DNA of 63,409 nt, the filler included, from Sanchytrium tribonematis (taxonomy: Eukaryota): assembly GCA_018985235.1 (NCBI GenBank). It is 15 parts of 15 records of this genome, joined end to end, with 100 filler letters (N's around TTAATTAATTAA, not from the genome) between each part and the next. Parts side by side here need not be neighbours in the genome. Positions count along the whole stretch, not along the records: positions 24,074 to 45,584 come from JADGIG010000094.1; 14 more parts are not named here. One strand, written 5' to 3'. This document shows positions 24,629 to 36,114 of this stretch, piece by piece. The stretch's first letter is position 1. Every line of letters starts with the position of its first letter. The notes below the pieces were generated by a model. The model worked only from the letters and a program-made list of their open reading frames with translations. It was not told the DNA's origin and searched no databases. The translations under genes were made by a program, and so were the position numbers.

Positions 24629-25213
24629 TTAGAAATTGTTTAATACCATTTGTTTGATAATATTAGATTCAGAAGTCAATTGGCGAAATTCTTCAAAAGA
24701 AATTTGACCATCCTTATCCTTATCACTTTCCATAATAGTTTTATCTACGATTTGTTGCAATTGCTCACCATTCAAATTGTTGCCCACCATCATTTTTAAA
24801 ACGGAAAATAATTCTCCATTAGAAATTTTACCATCCTTATCAATATCATAAACTTGAAATAAAAACTTAATTTTCTCATCCCTTTTGCCATGAGCGCTAA
24901 AAACATTTAGCCCTCGAACAAATTCTTGAAAATCAACTTCTCCATTTCCATCAGAGTCGAATATCTCTATCAAACGTGATGCTAATGGATTAGACTTAAT
25001 GGAAGGGATCGATTCAAATTCACTTTTCTCAATAAGTCCGTTTCCGTTTTGGTCCAATTTTTGAAATCTCTTGTAAAGCCTCTGAATTTCTTCTTCGGTG
25101 AAATAAGAATCAATTTTTTCTCCCTGATATTGATTTGATGACCTCTTGGTTTTTACTGTTGGTCCAATGTTACCACTGCTTTCTGTTGAAGACTTGATCG
25201 TTGGGTCAGACAT
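24629..25213 (-). CDS. CNB1: Calcineurin regulatory subunit B
   Basis: Four EF hands; [42 protein letters not shown]. Confidence 0.93.
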   Translation of the reverse strand: MSDPTIKSSTESSGNIGPTVKTKRSSNQYQGEKIDSYFTEEEIQRLYKRFQKLDQNGNGLIEKSEFESIPSIKSNPLASRLIEIFDSDGNGEVDFQEFVRGLNVFSAHGKRDEKIKFLFQVYDIDKDGKISNGELFSVLKMMVGNNLNGEQLQQIVDKTIMESDKDKDGQISFEEFRQLTSESNIIKQMVLNNF

Positions 25214-25370
25214 AAAAGGGAGAGTTTCTAATATAAATTTGCAAAATATGACCAAGACATCCCGTTTTACCTGGAAGCTTCAAAATAATCAGCTCACTGT
25301 TTTGAAAGATTGCAGCTACCAGTGCTAATTAGAACAAATCAAAATTCAAAGGAGGCCTATTGAAACAAAA

Positions 25371-25868
25371 ATGTTCAGGAAGCTTTATCAATCTGTAACT
25401 TCTGTATCTGCTTTGGAAAAAGGTATACAACATATTGAAAATAATCAACCCAAAGAGGCAATCAAATTTTTGAAAGATGCAATTAAAAAGGGTGAAAAAT
25501 TGGCTGATTCCCATTATTCCCTAGGTCTGGCCTATTATTTGCAAAAAGATGTAAAGATGGCAGTCAATGAATGGGAAAAAAGTATTAAAATTAAACCACA
25601 ACCAGATGCATTGCTAAATTTAGGTAATATTTACCTTCTTAAACAGGATGATTATAATATAAATAAGGCCATTGCCTATTATGAGCAGGCTGTCAAATAT
25701 AATCCTGATGATGGTCAGATTCACTTTAATTTGGGAGTAGCATACGAGAAAGCTAATCAATTGAACGATGCCTTGAATCATTATAGGGAAGCTCGAGATT
25801 TAGGAATTGATGACGCTGCAAAGCATTTGCGAAATGTGGCAGCTAAGACTTTGAAATTAAGTGACTAA
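25371..25868 (+). CDS. TPR-repeat protein
   Basis: SHYSLGLAYY, ALLNLGNIY, IHFNLGVAYE repeats. Confidence 0.8.
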   Translation: MFRKLYQSVTSVSALEKGIQHIENNQPKEAIKFLKDAIKKGEKLADSHYSLGLAYYLQKDVKMAVNEWEKSIKIKPQPDALLNLGNIYLLKQDDYNINKAIAYYEQAVKYNPDDGQIHFNLGVAYEKANQLNDALNHYREARDLGIDDAAKHLRNVAAKTLKLSD

Positions 25869-25892
25869 TAAATATTGTATCATTTTAGTTTA

Positions 25893-26075
25893 TTACGCCT
25901 TCATAGCAGCAAATCTGATTTTTCTGTCACCAGCCTTTGCAAAACGTTGATTTCTGACGAATTTACTGTCTACACCTTTCATGGAAGTATATCTGTGCTT
26001 CTTTGGCTTTTTGATTCCATTTTTGTGGTCTTTCGCATTTTGATTATGGGATGTGTGATTCTTTGATTTTGCCAT
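25893..26075 (-). CDS. RPL29: 60S ribosomal protein L29 (eL29)
   Basis: [25 protein letters not shown]. Confidence 0.96.
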   Translation of the reverse strand: MAKSKNHTSHNQNAKDHKNGIKKPKKHRYTSMKGVDSKFVRNQRFAKAGDRKIRFAAMKA

Positions 26076-26112
26076 TTACAAATTGAATATTCCCAAAAAA
26101 TGAGTGATTGGC

Positions 26113-26124
26113 AAAAACACGTGA
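26113..26124 (-). promoter_or_regulatory. TCACGTGTTTTT (Cbf1/bHLH-type E-box) upstream of RPL29
   Basis: Same 12-mer at a similar distance upstream of RPS5. Confidence 0.55.
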
Positions 26125-26128
26125 GATT

Positions 26129-27416
26129 TTATTTGACACAATTATCCGAGTCAGGAGAATATGTATTAATTACTACACCATAAGCGTGTGGTATTAAGCA
26201 AGTAATAGATCGGGTGGGTAGATCTATTTGGGGAATATCTTGGTCCAATTTGCCTGTCAGATATCCGTATATAACTTTGAGCACATTTGCATCTGCAACA
26301 AAAACAACATCGTTCTCTTCCCTTTCCATATCAATCAGAATTCTTTCTAAGCGGATGGACACGTCATGATAAGACTACATAAAGAAATAATACCTCAGCT
26401 CTCGGAAAACGATATCTAAATCGATCTTTCTCATAATCAGCATATTGCTCTGGGTAATTCTTTGCTATCGCATCCATATCCATGGCTGCATACTCTCCCG
26501 GATGCATCTCAATTAATTCGGCTTTTTCTATTATTTTATAGGTTTCGGGGAAGTAACGGACAGTTTCTAAAGAGTATGCCCTGGGCGCACAAAATACCGT
26601 TACATTCTTTGAACGCTCCTCATGGTCCGATATGCTTATTAACTTTGACGTTAATGATTTAGCATAAGATTCTCCTTCTGAGGAAAGTGTGGTGTCTTCT
26701 TTCATCGTGGATATATTTTGCCCTGGACGTAGCAAATATATTTTCTTTGGAGTAGTTTGTATATTCATCAAAAAATAAACAATTTTGGTTTCCATGTAGC
26801 CTTTTATCTTATTTAATATCACATGTTCGCCTATATTGCTTGACAGTTTGCCATTGTTTAGAACTTGCACAAACGATCTAGTTTCATTCTCAATGTCGAT
26901 TCTATCATAGTGTGGTAAATGATTTTCAATCCGTTTCTTAAAATCTTGTATGACATCATCCACATCGTATCCAATATAATCTTGAGACAGAATTTTGACT
27001 TCTCTTATATTTCGTTCGATAATTGACTCATCCTCGCATATCACCTCGAGAAACACTAGCTTTAAATTATTTTCTTCTATTTTTTCTGCAATCTTTGAAC
27101 GATATTCCGAAAGAGTAGTTATTGTAGTATCTAAAATTCCAACTCTTCCTTCAGTTTTAAGAAACTTAATCATATCTTCCAGTGCTTGTTGAGCAATTTC
27201 CCATCTTTTTTCAAAATAGTCTTGATTTAGTGGATCAAAAAAATCCGATGGTACGTTTCCCAGAATTTCTCGTCTATATTCACCCACATTGAACGCCTTA
27301 GTCTTAATAGAATAAAAATTTAAAAATTGTTGCAACTTTTTCGACAGAAACGATTTTCCTGTACCTGGTAATCCAATTAGTATTATTGCAAAAGCTGGTT
27401 TGTCTTCTTGATTCAT
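26129..27416 (-). CDS. 6-phosphofructo-2-kinase/fructose-2,6-bisphosphatase family; 19-nt intron 26375-26393 and probable 21-nt GC-AG intron 26831-26851
   Basis: IGLPGTGKS, FNVGEYRR, IVYFLMN, FRYRFPRAE|SYHDVSIRLE; the phosphatase RHG reads RPG and is probably inactive. Confidence 0.88.
26375..26393 (-). other. 19-nt GT-AG intron GTATTATTTCTTTATGTAG
   Basis: Restores RYRFPRAESYHDV. Confidence 0.93.
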
Positions 27417-27571
27417 GAAACTCCAGTAGTTTCAACTTTTTTATATTTTAATTTTGAATCAGTTGGTGGCAAATATGAAATCTCGAAGCTTTTAAATTGT
27501 TCCAAATCAGTTTTACATTACACAGCCTAAGATTCCTAGCCGCAGAAATTTGTGACACCGTTTGTTGCTTT

Positions 27572-28774
27572 ATGATCCCAAATTTTCTTTTAACGCATAT
27601 GATACTGCACTACTTGATACTCGCTGGCTGCAGTGTGGGAGACACCCAAAAGGTTTATTTTTATAAATCGTATGGAATCGAAACTGAAATCTCGGATACA
27701 AGCCTAAAAATAGGACAAAATGCCTCAAAAATTTGGAAAATCGATGTTCATGGGCATGCCTACAAGAAATCTAGTCTAACAAAGCGATTTTGGGAACCGT
27801 TTAAATCGTTTGCTTCCAACATAGATGCCATTAGTAGAATGTCTCGACTATTAGATTTGGATGCAGTCCCAAATTTTATTATGAACATAGATTTTGAAGG
27901 AGCAGTGGGATATAAGAATGGTTTTAACTATTTTGATAATTTAAATTTGAATTGCCCAAATTACTTGAATTTTACCAGTGATTGTCCTAGAAGATTGAAT
28001 AGTGAAAGACAAATATCTCTTCCTCCAACAGATAGCATTGGTCACACCCGCCAGATTCTTAGAATTGCTACAAATACTAATAACAACGGAAAGATTGTTT
28101 TTCGATTAATGAGACAGCAATGTCAAATAGGTGAAATTTACCTAATTAAGAAACAAGGTATATCAATAATTACAGACATCGACGACACTATTAGGGAAAG
28201 TAATGTTATATGCACTCTTTGCTTTTTCAGAAATACATTTGGGGGTAGCAAATTTATTCCTATATCAGGAATGCCGGCTTTATTTCAAAAATGGAATCAA
28301 AATCTTGACCATCCTGCCTTTCATTATGTATCTGGTATTCCTTGGCAATGGTACACCGTGTACGAGTCTTTCTTTTCAGATAGCCAGTTTCCAGAGGGCC
28401 CCTCGCATTTTCAGGATGTTCATTTTGACCAAATCAAGAAATTCGTGGACGTCAAAAACTTTAAGATTAAAGCTATTTCTGACATTATTTCCAATTTTCC
28501 ACAACGCAAGTTTCTGCTATTAGGGGATTCTGGCCAATTCGATCCTGAATCGTATGCAGCTATTTTTTCAAAATATCCTAAATCCATACTTTGCATATGG
28601 ATACGCAAAGCGGCTTCATCTGGATTCTTTGGAAAGTTAAAGGCAAGAAAGAAAAATAGCGAGAAGAGATTCACTTCCGTTTTCAAAGATGTCCCTCGAG
28701 AAAAGTGGAATGTATTTGAAAATGTTGAGGAGATCAGTAATCTGGATTTTTCTTCCGGTCAATGTCGCCCTTGA
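27572..28774 (+). CDS. App1-family phosphatidate phosphatase (start 27572 or 27599)
   Basis: ISIITDIDDTI, FHYVSGIPWQ, FLLLGDSGQFDPESY, CIWIR. Confidence 0.85.
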   Translation: MIPNFLLTHMILHYLILAGCSVGDTQKVYFYKSYGIETEISDTSLKIGQNASKIWKIDVHGHAYKKSSLTKRFWEPFKSFASNIDAISRMSRLLDLDAVPNFIMNIDFEGAVGYKNGFNYFDNLNLNCPNYLNFTSDCPRRLNSERQISLPPTDSIGHTRQILRIATNTNNNGKIVFRLMRQQCQIGEIYLIKKQGISIITDIDDTIRESNVICTLCFFRNTFGGSKFIPISGMPALFQKWNQNLDHPAFHYVSGIPWQWYTVYESFFSDSQFPEGPSHFQDVHFDQIKKFVDVKNFKIKAISDIISNFPQRKFLLLGDSGQFDPESYAAIFSKYPKSILCIWIRKAASSGFFGKLKARKKNSEKRFTSVFKDVPREKWNVFENVEEISNLDFSSGQCRP

Positions 28775-28785
28775 AAATATATAAA

Positions 28786-29421
28786 TCACTCTTGATTAAC
28801 TTTACTGACAGAAACTTCACTTTGTTCACTACTCTCATTTTCAAGAAATTCCTCATCTGCAAATGGATTATCATGTAATTCCGACCATTTGAAAAGTTCA
28901 TCGCCATCATTTATAAGTGATTCAAGCACGGTATTACTAACTTTCAACGACGGACACCATACTACACAAATGTTCGAAAGGCTCATTTTGTTTACTTCTT
29001 CAAAATAGCAAACCCTAGCCAAATGAGCACATAATATACTCAATGTTGTAAATTGTTCTTTCGGTAGTTGATTAAGGGTACTTTGAAGTACGGTTTTCTC
29101 AATTTCGCCACTTGGTAATATGGGATCGTTATCTCTAAAATTTTGCTTAAGTAACGTTGCTATGCTGTTTATAGTAGGTTTAATCTCAAATAAATTTACA
29201 GGTCCTTCGAGGTATAACTGCTGCAGCTTTTGAACTTCGGTCAAGGCGCCTGGTACTCTATATAGTCCTTGTTCTTGAAGTCCATAGCTGTCCAAATATT
29301 CAATACAGTCGATTACAAGAGTGTTGGTAATCTTTGGTTTTGATTTTTTGCTTTTTTTGTTTCTCATCTTTTCTATTTTGTCTTGAGAAATTCTCATTTT
29401 GTCCATCAAACGGTTTTTCAT
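28786..29421 (-). CDS. RhoGAP-domain protein
   Basis: GLQEQGLYRVPG, IATLLKQNFR, NKMSLSNICVVWCPSL. Confidence 0.88.
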   Translation of the reverse strand: MKNRLMDKMRISQDKIEKMRNKKSKKSKPKITNTLVIDCIEYLDSYGLQEQGLYRVPGALTEVQKLQQLYLEGPVNLFEIKPTINSIATLLKQNFRDNDPILPSGEIEKTVLQSTLNQLPKEQFTTLSILCAHLARVCYFEEVNKMSLSNICVVWCPSLKVSNTVLESLINDGDELFKWSELHDNPFADEEFLENESSEQSEVSVSKVNQE

Positions 29422-29488
29422 TTAATGTTTCTGTTTCAAAAAAATTGCGCAAATCTTTTATTACAAATAAATTCTCAAAATTAATCTT

Positions 29489-30647
29489 TCATGGCAATGG
29501 TTCTTCGCTGTCGCTTAGCCTCCTTAATTAAAATCAAGTACCTTAAATGCAAATATGCATCTGTTCCGTAATTTTCGAGACTGATGATTCGTAAATCCCC
29601 TCCAAAATATCGCGCATACTGTCTCGATATGGGAAGCCCGTATCCTAAACCAGCCAAAGGGGCCTTGAAATCATCTGTTAGTGATACCTCTGGTGGTTTA
29701 GCTGTAGTATACAAATAGGTAAAAATTAAAGGTGTTCCGCTACGAGGAATACCACCCCCTTCATCACTCAATTTAATGGTTATATCTTCCTTGCCCTCAG
29801 CAATGATGAGCTTGATTGGTGGATATTTTTCTTCTTCGTGGGTTTCTATAGTTGCACGCAATGAATTTTTAATGAGTTCAAAAAGCATATGGTGTAAATG
29901 ACTTGGCACATACGTGAATTCGATTGATTTGGGCATAATTACATCAACAACTGGTGCTTTAAATATACCATAATATTCTTCCGCCATCCATCTTGCATCA
30001 TCGATTGCATCGACTGCAATTTCTCGGATACTTGTTTTTGTACAAATAATTCCAACATAATTTTCTCGTGGTGGTTTTGATATCATCGAGACATGTTGCC
30101 CTATGAGCATTCGTATCCCGATTCTACTCATGTAAAATCTATCTAAAAATGTCTGTATTGTAGTGTCTTTATAGTCGACATCAGTTTGAGATTTTAATTC
30201 ACGAAGTCCTTGTGCCATGCTGCTCAATGTTGGATCGTGTCTCGTTTTTATGTTTTGCAGGGCTTGTACAAATCTGTGGTTATAATCTATGTAGCTGTCT
30301 TTCAATTTGTAATCACTAGGTACATCAACATAATATTGAGGGTCTGAAGGTAAAAATTTCATGAGATCAGACGGTATCTCTGGTATTGGAAAGGCAGTCA
30401 ATTCATCAAATGATTGCTGATACCATTTCTTTACTTGTATAACACTTGGCATTTCACATAGTCTATTGGGCAAAGAGGATATTTCCAAAACCCTATGAGC
30501 AAGCCTTATCGTCAACTCATTTTTGAGAAACAAAGATGCCAAGAATAAAGACGCGGGATTTGGGTTTGGTGTGAACCTTTTCATCTGTGCAATTGATACG
30601 CTATGCTGTGGGAATGCGGAATATTTCAAGACTTGATTCAGCGACAT
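29489..30647 (-). CDS. Mitochondrial pyruvate/branched-chain ketoacid dehydrogenase kinase; 19-nt intron 29523-29541
   Basis: FLDRFYMSRIGIRMLIGQH, FELIKNSLRA, SDEGGGIP, AGLGYGLPISR; spliced end YLHLRRLSDSEEPLP*. Confidence 0.93.
29523..29541 (-). other. 19-nt GT-AG intron GTACTTGATTTTAATTAAG
   Basis: Restores the typical fungal PDK C-terminus RLSDSEEPLP. Confidence 0.9.
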
Positions 30648-30780
30648 CCCACACGAAGTTTGGAAAATGATTTAATATCAGATTGACTCAATTGAATTGC
30701 AATTTAAAATTTAGCAGATAATAATTTGCCATTAAAACATACACTTGGACTCTCTCATTTGTTTATTCTAATTTGCCGAT

Positions 30781-32160
30781 ATGATACACCCCAATTCCCA
30801 CAATATCGTTGAAATCAAGGATGTGCTCTCATCTGATAATATTATAACGTTTGATGGGATTGTCTTGGATATGTATAGACAAAATCCTACATTTTCTCTA
30901 GGGAAAATAAAGACAAACGATTGGGAGGTAGTATTAGGAAAAGATGATTTTGCAGAAGAGGATATAGTTGATGTAAAATGGCTTCAAAGATATTCTTACT
31001 TGGTGAAGCCTGTTCAAAGTAAGCAGCATAATTTAACTGGTTATGTTAGAGTTCATATTTATTCAAAGTTCGACATTGCATTAAATCAAAAATATCGATT
31101 CAAAGGATTGATTTCTCAAAGCGAAATACCAGATTTGTTTGAGCACGTAGAAGCACCATCAATGCACGTCGTCGAAATAATTGAAGACACAACAGGGCCT
31201 TATGATGAACTTGTGGGTAATTTTCAAAGCCTTGAATTAAAAGATACTCGAACTTTAATTTTAGAAGAATTAAAGCATGGTTTTGGCAGTGATTTGATTT
31301 CAGAGTTTATTCTACTCTATGCCACTAGCTTCGGTATTCCCTTAAATTCACAAATAGTCCCTATTCATTTCTCGTTTGTAAATAGCGACAGAGAATCGAA
31401 TTTAAAAACCGAACATTGTGATCATTCTTATTTTAGCGTGCTATTAAAATCATTTTTAAACCAAACCTGTGATCATGTGGAAACTTTAGCTCTTAGTGAA
31501 GAGAAATTAAACCGAAAAATTCTATTTCCCTGTGAAGATGAATTTGAAAATATAGTCGAAAATGAAATCTTTTATCCAAATAATACTCACTTGGTAATTG
31601 ATGAACTTGACATTCTGACGAAGGATTTATCTCCGACTGCAATGACTAATGCGAGAGGGTTCCAAGAATTGTTAGGAAATGGTAAGAATGTATTTCATTG
31701 TTCACATGGAAATGTATACGCTCCTTGTGTCGTAATGGCATGCACCGTATCACCTCAAAAATCGATGCTTCGGAAGTTGGTTGACTTTATTGAAGTACCA
31801 ATAACTGACATCAATGAGATTTTGCACAACAATTATTCGAATGCATTTGACTTTGAAAACTCTTTTCTAGAAAGTCATAAGCATTACTTCCAAGCCGCCA
31901 GACGAAATTCTACATGGAATGAGATCAGCCCGCTGAAGATGACCCCTGAAGTGCAAGATTACGTTCAAGACTATTTTTCAAGTGTACGGCAATCGGGTAT
32001 GCAGAATAGCAGCTATGAGTTTACAGTGGATGACTTACATGCTCTACTTTACCTTGCACGGTTAATGTGCCGAAGTCATTTGACTTCGATTTTGACATTG
32101 GATGTTATGAGATCTGCAGTCCAATTAAATGAGGAACGTTTAAGACTTTTGAGTAAATAA
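30781..32160 (+). CDS. MCM-complex-binding protein (MCMBP)-like, divergent
   Basis: NNTHLVIDE, VQDYVQDYFSSVRQ, DDLHALLYLARL, QLNEERLRL. Confidence 0.65.
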   Translation: MIHPNSHNIVEIKDVLSSDNIITFDGIVLDMYRQNPTFSLGKIKTNDWEVVLGKDDFAEEDIVDVKWLQRYSYLVKPVQSKQHNLTGYVRVHIYSKFDIALNQKYRFKGLISQSEIPDLFEHVEAPSMHVVEIIEDTTGPYDELVGNFQSLELKDTRTLILEELKHGFGSDLISEFILLYATSFGIPLNSQIVPIHFSFVNSDRESNLKTEHCDHSYFSVLLKSFLNQTCDHVETLALSEEKLNRKILFPCEDEFENIVENEIFYPNNTHLVIDELDILTKDLSPTAMTNARGFQELLGNGKNVFHCSHGNVYAPCVVMACTVSPQKSMLRKLVDFIEVPITDINEILHNNYSNAFDFENSFLESHKHYFQAARRNSTWNEISPLKMTPEVQDYVQDYFSSVRQSGMQNSSYEFTVDDLHALLYLARLMCRSHLTSILTLDVMRSAVQLNEERLRLLSK

Positions 32161-32208
32161 AGTGTTGAAAACTAAGCAATATTATCCTTGTACAATTTTC
32201 TCCGTTAA

Positions 32209-33540
32209 ATGCTTTCTTGCAGATCCTTGGGCAGCAGCAAACCCAAATATTTTAGACTGAGCGCTGTCAGAATCAAGAGCGAGCAATTAATATTTGAATC
32301 CACCGTTTCTATTCAACCTAGACCGATACAGACAATCTTGAATGTTACCATAGATCATGGTGGAAAGAAACTTATCTTGATTGGTAAAAATCCTGGTTGG
32401 AGCATGGAAATTAGTGGTCTTGATATGGAAGAGCTTCAGAAATTATCAAAATATGTTCGGGAGCATAGAAGGCAGCAGACATTTATTGGTGGTAAGGAAG
32501 CCATGGATGCAAAAGCATCAAAGACAGAAAATCCTCTTTCAGTGTCAAAAGAATCAGTGGAAACTGATGCTTCCAACTACACTATAGGTGAAATTAATCA
32601 GCCAGTTTCTGAATATTCAGGCAAGAAAAGATTGGCAGAAGATAATGAAACTATTCCCAAAAAGAGATTGCAACCTTTCCAACCAGAGAATACATCTTTT
32701 GAAATTGAAAAAACCGCCACTATACCAGATTCAATAACCATTTTTGGCCACGAAATTGAAAACTTTCAAGGCTTTGCAAATATTGGTAATTCTTGCTATT
32801 TAAATTCTGTGTTGATTTCATTTCTTTTCAGTGACAGAATTTCAAATAAAGTTGGGGATGATGGCAAAGATTTACGACGCAGTCTAGCTTACGTTATTAA
32901 ATGTAAAAAGGAACTCCCACAAATGTTTGCTCCAACAGAGTTCAAAAATGTGCTGGATACCAAAACCGATTTATTTAAAGGGAATGGTCAACATGATGCG
33001 CATGAATTATTTACTTCCCTGGTTGATTTACTCAGTCTGGAAGATCTATTTACAATGGTTGTCAGGAAAACCCTGAAATGTGCTAATAATCATGCAACTA
33101 ATTCCAGTGACAAGATTTTAGGACTGAGCTTAGATATAAAATCAAATGTGATTGAATCTATCCAACATTTTTTCAAGAGTGAAGAAATTGAATATAAATG
33201 CGAGGAGTGTGGAAATCTTAATTGCACAATGAAATATACTCCGGAATGTACTCCGGACATTCTTGCAGTCCAGCTTAAACGATTTAAGGTTAATTTGAAG
33301 TTTGAAATCAGCAAAATTTCTGACCATGTGATTTTAAATAAGCATATCACGGTCAAGGACTCTAAGTATGAACTCTACGCCGTGATCAACCATTTTGGAA
33401 AATATGGGCGTGGACATTACAAATGTTCCATCCTTTTAAAATGTCAATGGGTAAGCTTTGATGATGAGAAGGTCAGTCTGTTATCTGAGTCTCAAGCCGA
33501 ATCTGGATACCTCTTGTTTTATAAAAAAATTCACAAATAA
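32209..33540 (+). CDS. Ubiquitin-specific protease (C19, USP37-like N-terminus)
   Basis: GFANIGNSCYLN Cys box, QHDAHE, VINHFG..GHY His box, FDDEKV. Confidence 0.9.
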   Translation: MLSCRSLGSSKPKYFRLSAVRIKSEQLIFESTVSIQPRPIQTILNVTIDHGGKKLILIGKNPGWSMEISGLDMEELQKLSKYVREHRRQQTFIGGKEAMDAKASKTENPLSVSKESVETDASNYTIGEINQPVSEYSGKKRLAEDNETIPKKRLQPFQPENTSFEIEKTATIPDSITIFGHEIENFQGFANIGNSCYLNSVLISFLFSDRISNKVGDDGKDLRRSLAYVIKCKKELPQMFAPTEFKNVLDTKTDLFKGNGQHDAHELFTSLVDLLSLEDLFTMVVRKTLKCANNHATNSSDKILGLSLDIKSNVIESIQHFFKSEEIEYKCEECGNLNCTMKYTPECTPDILAVQLKRFKVNLKFEISKISDHVILNKHITVKDSKYELYAVINHFGKYGRGHYKCSILLKCQWVSFDDEKVSLLSESQAESGYLLFYKKIHK

Positions 33541-33582
33541 ATGTTGTAATACACTGGTACAATATATTTGTGGCTTGAAAGA

Positions 33583-35602
33583 ATGTTGGGTGAAGCATTA
33601 TGTAATTTTTTTAATGATATAAAACCAAAAACAATCAAACCATTAAAGTCCAGTGGGCCACTTACAGATCTGTATAATATTCGGCAGTTTGCGACAAATT
33701 GTGATCAGCTTGGAGTAACAATCACCCCTGAACAGATAAACATACACACAATCAAGCAAGTATTAATACCGCTGTTTGATTACTATAAGTTGGGAAATCC
33801 CATTTCTAAGCTAGATGAGAAGATCAATAGCGTTAAGACTGAAGATAATAAAACTCGCGATTTAACACTCGTAATTGAAGCAATATTAAAACGACTAGAA
33901 AAAATTGAGAATGGAATTAGCAGGTTACCCTCGAATATCACTGTCATGCAGTCCTTAGAAGATTTTGTAAAAGAAGAACCACAGATCAATTCAAAAGCAT
34001 TTGAAGAATTTGTAAAAACTGAAAAGGACTATTGCCAAGATCTTTGTACATTCGAGCTGGTCTATATAACGGAAATCCGAAACAGGCATTTACTTCATCC
34101 AAATGTTCTTGGTGATCTCGAAGAATTTATAAAAAATTTGATTGAATTCTCAAATTCTCTGGTAAAATTACTGGAAGAAAGACAAACTCTAGAATGTTTA
34201 GATGAAATTGACACCGAATCATTCGAAATATTCAAGGAATATTCTAATAATTTTGTGGAAGTTAGTCGGGTATTGGATATTTTGAAGAATAAGAGTGAAA
34301 ATAGGGAGTTTTTTGAATTGTGGAGGAAACCAGAAGCGAAAGGCCAACCTGTTGAGAGCTATCTAATTAAGCCTATTCAGAGAATTTGCAGATATCCGCT
34401 GATTTTAAAAGAATATGCAAAAGACCTTCCCGACTCAAAAAGTATATATTCAATAATTGAGAGTTTGCAAAAGTACATCACTCACATAAATGAGATCACA
34501 ATTGGAACAACTGACGACAAAAGAAAATATTCAATACAGAATAAGCTCAAAGATTCTGTAATTATATTTAATTTAGATCGTTTTTAAGGAAGGCGAAAGT
34601 ATTTTATATGATTCCTCAGTAAAAGTTGAAACTCAAAAATCTAAAAAAACTCGATATATTATTTTAACAACTAGAAGACTTATTATTTGCAAAGAATTAA
34701 AGAACAAGAAGATTAGCCTGCAAATTCAATGGCCTAGCGATAGTATATTGAATAGAATTAATTCAAAAAGAGATGACCCTCATTCTGAAGTGATACTAAC
34801 CGGATGCAATAAGTCCGAAAAGTTTGTCATAGTATTTCAGAATGAAGAAGAACGAAAAAAGTGGATAGCGGGTCTCAAACAAATTAAACCTGATAAGTAC
34901 AAAACATTTAAAGTCGCAAAAAATTTACCAATTGAAAGCTTTTTGGAATCAAATCGAAGTCTTTTGTCTCAAAATAGAGACTTGAGAAAAAAAACAAGCA
35001 AGAATACACTGTCAAAAACAAAAGGTCGGCTATCCATTTTAATGGATACACAGGATGTGCTTGCAACTAATCAAGCCGATGAAAAATTGAAAAAGAGCAA
35101 ATCAAGCCTCTCCATCACGGAACAATTGAATCAAGTAGAAGATATGTTGAAAAAACCTGAAAATCAAGTTTCACTTCATGATCTAGCCGGTAAAAAATCA
35201 ATTTATAGTGACTTTTTATCTAGAAATAACCTCGGTAATGGCTGGGAAGAAATCAAACTGAATAATGGTCTAATTTACTATGAAAATGTCGATACACAAC
35301 AAAGATCTTTTGAGCATCCACTTGGAGCTGATGCTATTCAGCGTGCCGTCAACAAACATCGTCCTTCAGTTCAAAGCTTGTTTTATAATCCTAGTCACAT
35401 ATCATTTAGTCTTGATGCTGGGCTATCTGTAATCGATGAAACAGAATCAGAGGTCGCATCAATAGCTCCAACATTTGTTTCCGAGGCATCGATTTTTGAC
35501 ATTGGTCACGAATGGGCAAAAGTTATCCAACCAGATGGCACTCAGTATTATTTCAACAAAAGGACTGGTGAATCCAGATGGAATATGCATGACAACAAAT
35601 AA
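33583..35602 (+). CDS. RhoGEF (partial CH-like, DH, PH, two WW domains); 19-nt intron 34558-34576
   Basis: EEFVKTEKDYCQDL, YLIKPIQRICRYPLIL, PH helix EEERKKWIAGL, WW GWEEIKLNNGLIYYENVDTQQRSFEHP and EWAKVIQPDGTQYYFNKRTGESRW. Confidence 0.85.
34558..34576 (+). other. 19-nt GT-AG intron GTAATTATATTTAATTTAG
   Basis: Joins the DH ORF to the PH/WW ORF in one open frame. Confidence 0.88.
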
Positions 35603-35614
35603 AATCGAAGTGGT

Positions 35615-36094
35615 TTATTCTGTTTTTATATTTTCAAAGCCAAGACTCTGCAGTAATCCTATGGATGATTCCAAGCATTGCTTATAAACCCTCTCAAAAT
35701 CCCTGAGATCTCCGTAGTAAGGATCTTCAATAATGATATCTGAGTCATTTTTACTACTTCCATAATTTCCAAAAAAATCAATTTTACCATTAAAATTATT
35801 AGGTTTCTTCTTTTTGATGTTGTTGATGTTTTCCTTGTCCATTCCAAGAATATATTCATATTCCTCGAAGTCCTTTTTCGATAACTGTCTTCCTCTGTGA
35901 TTTGTTTTAATGCCATTGGCTTTCAGTACGTCCAATGTTCTATGATCTGGGACATCCCCAACATGGTAATTAGCTGTTCCACATGAGTCGATTTTGATAT
36001 CGATTTGATTGATTTTGCATAAATACTGAAATACAGCCTCTGCCATTGGGCTTCTACAAATGTTTCCCAAGCAAACAAATAAAACAGAACTCAT
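35615..36094 (-). CDS. LTP1: Low-molecular-weight protein tyrosine phosphatase
   Basis: VLFVCLGNICRSPMAE, IEDPYYG. Confidence 0.94.
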   Translation of the reverse strand: MSSVLFVCLGNICRSPMAEAVFQYLCKINQIDIKIDSCGTANYHVGDVPDHRTLDVLKANGIKTNHRGRQLSKKDFEEYEYILGMDKENINNIKKKKPNNFNGKIDFFGNYGSSKNDSDIIIEDPYYGDLRDFERVYKQCLESSIGLLQSLGFENIKTE

Positions 36095-36114
36095 ACAATA
36101 CTCTCCTTTCACAA

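Noticed and set aside
25124..25142. 19-nt GTCATC...TCAG candidate intron in CNB1
   Set aside because: It lacks GTA and A-6, and the upstream frame it implies contains a stop.
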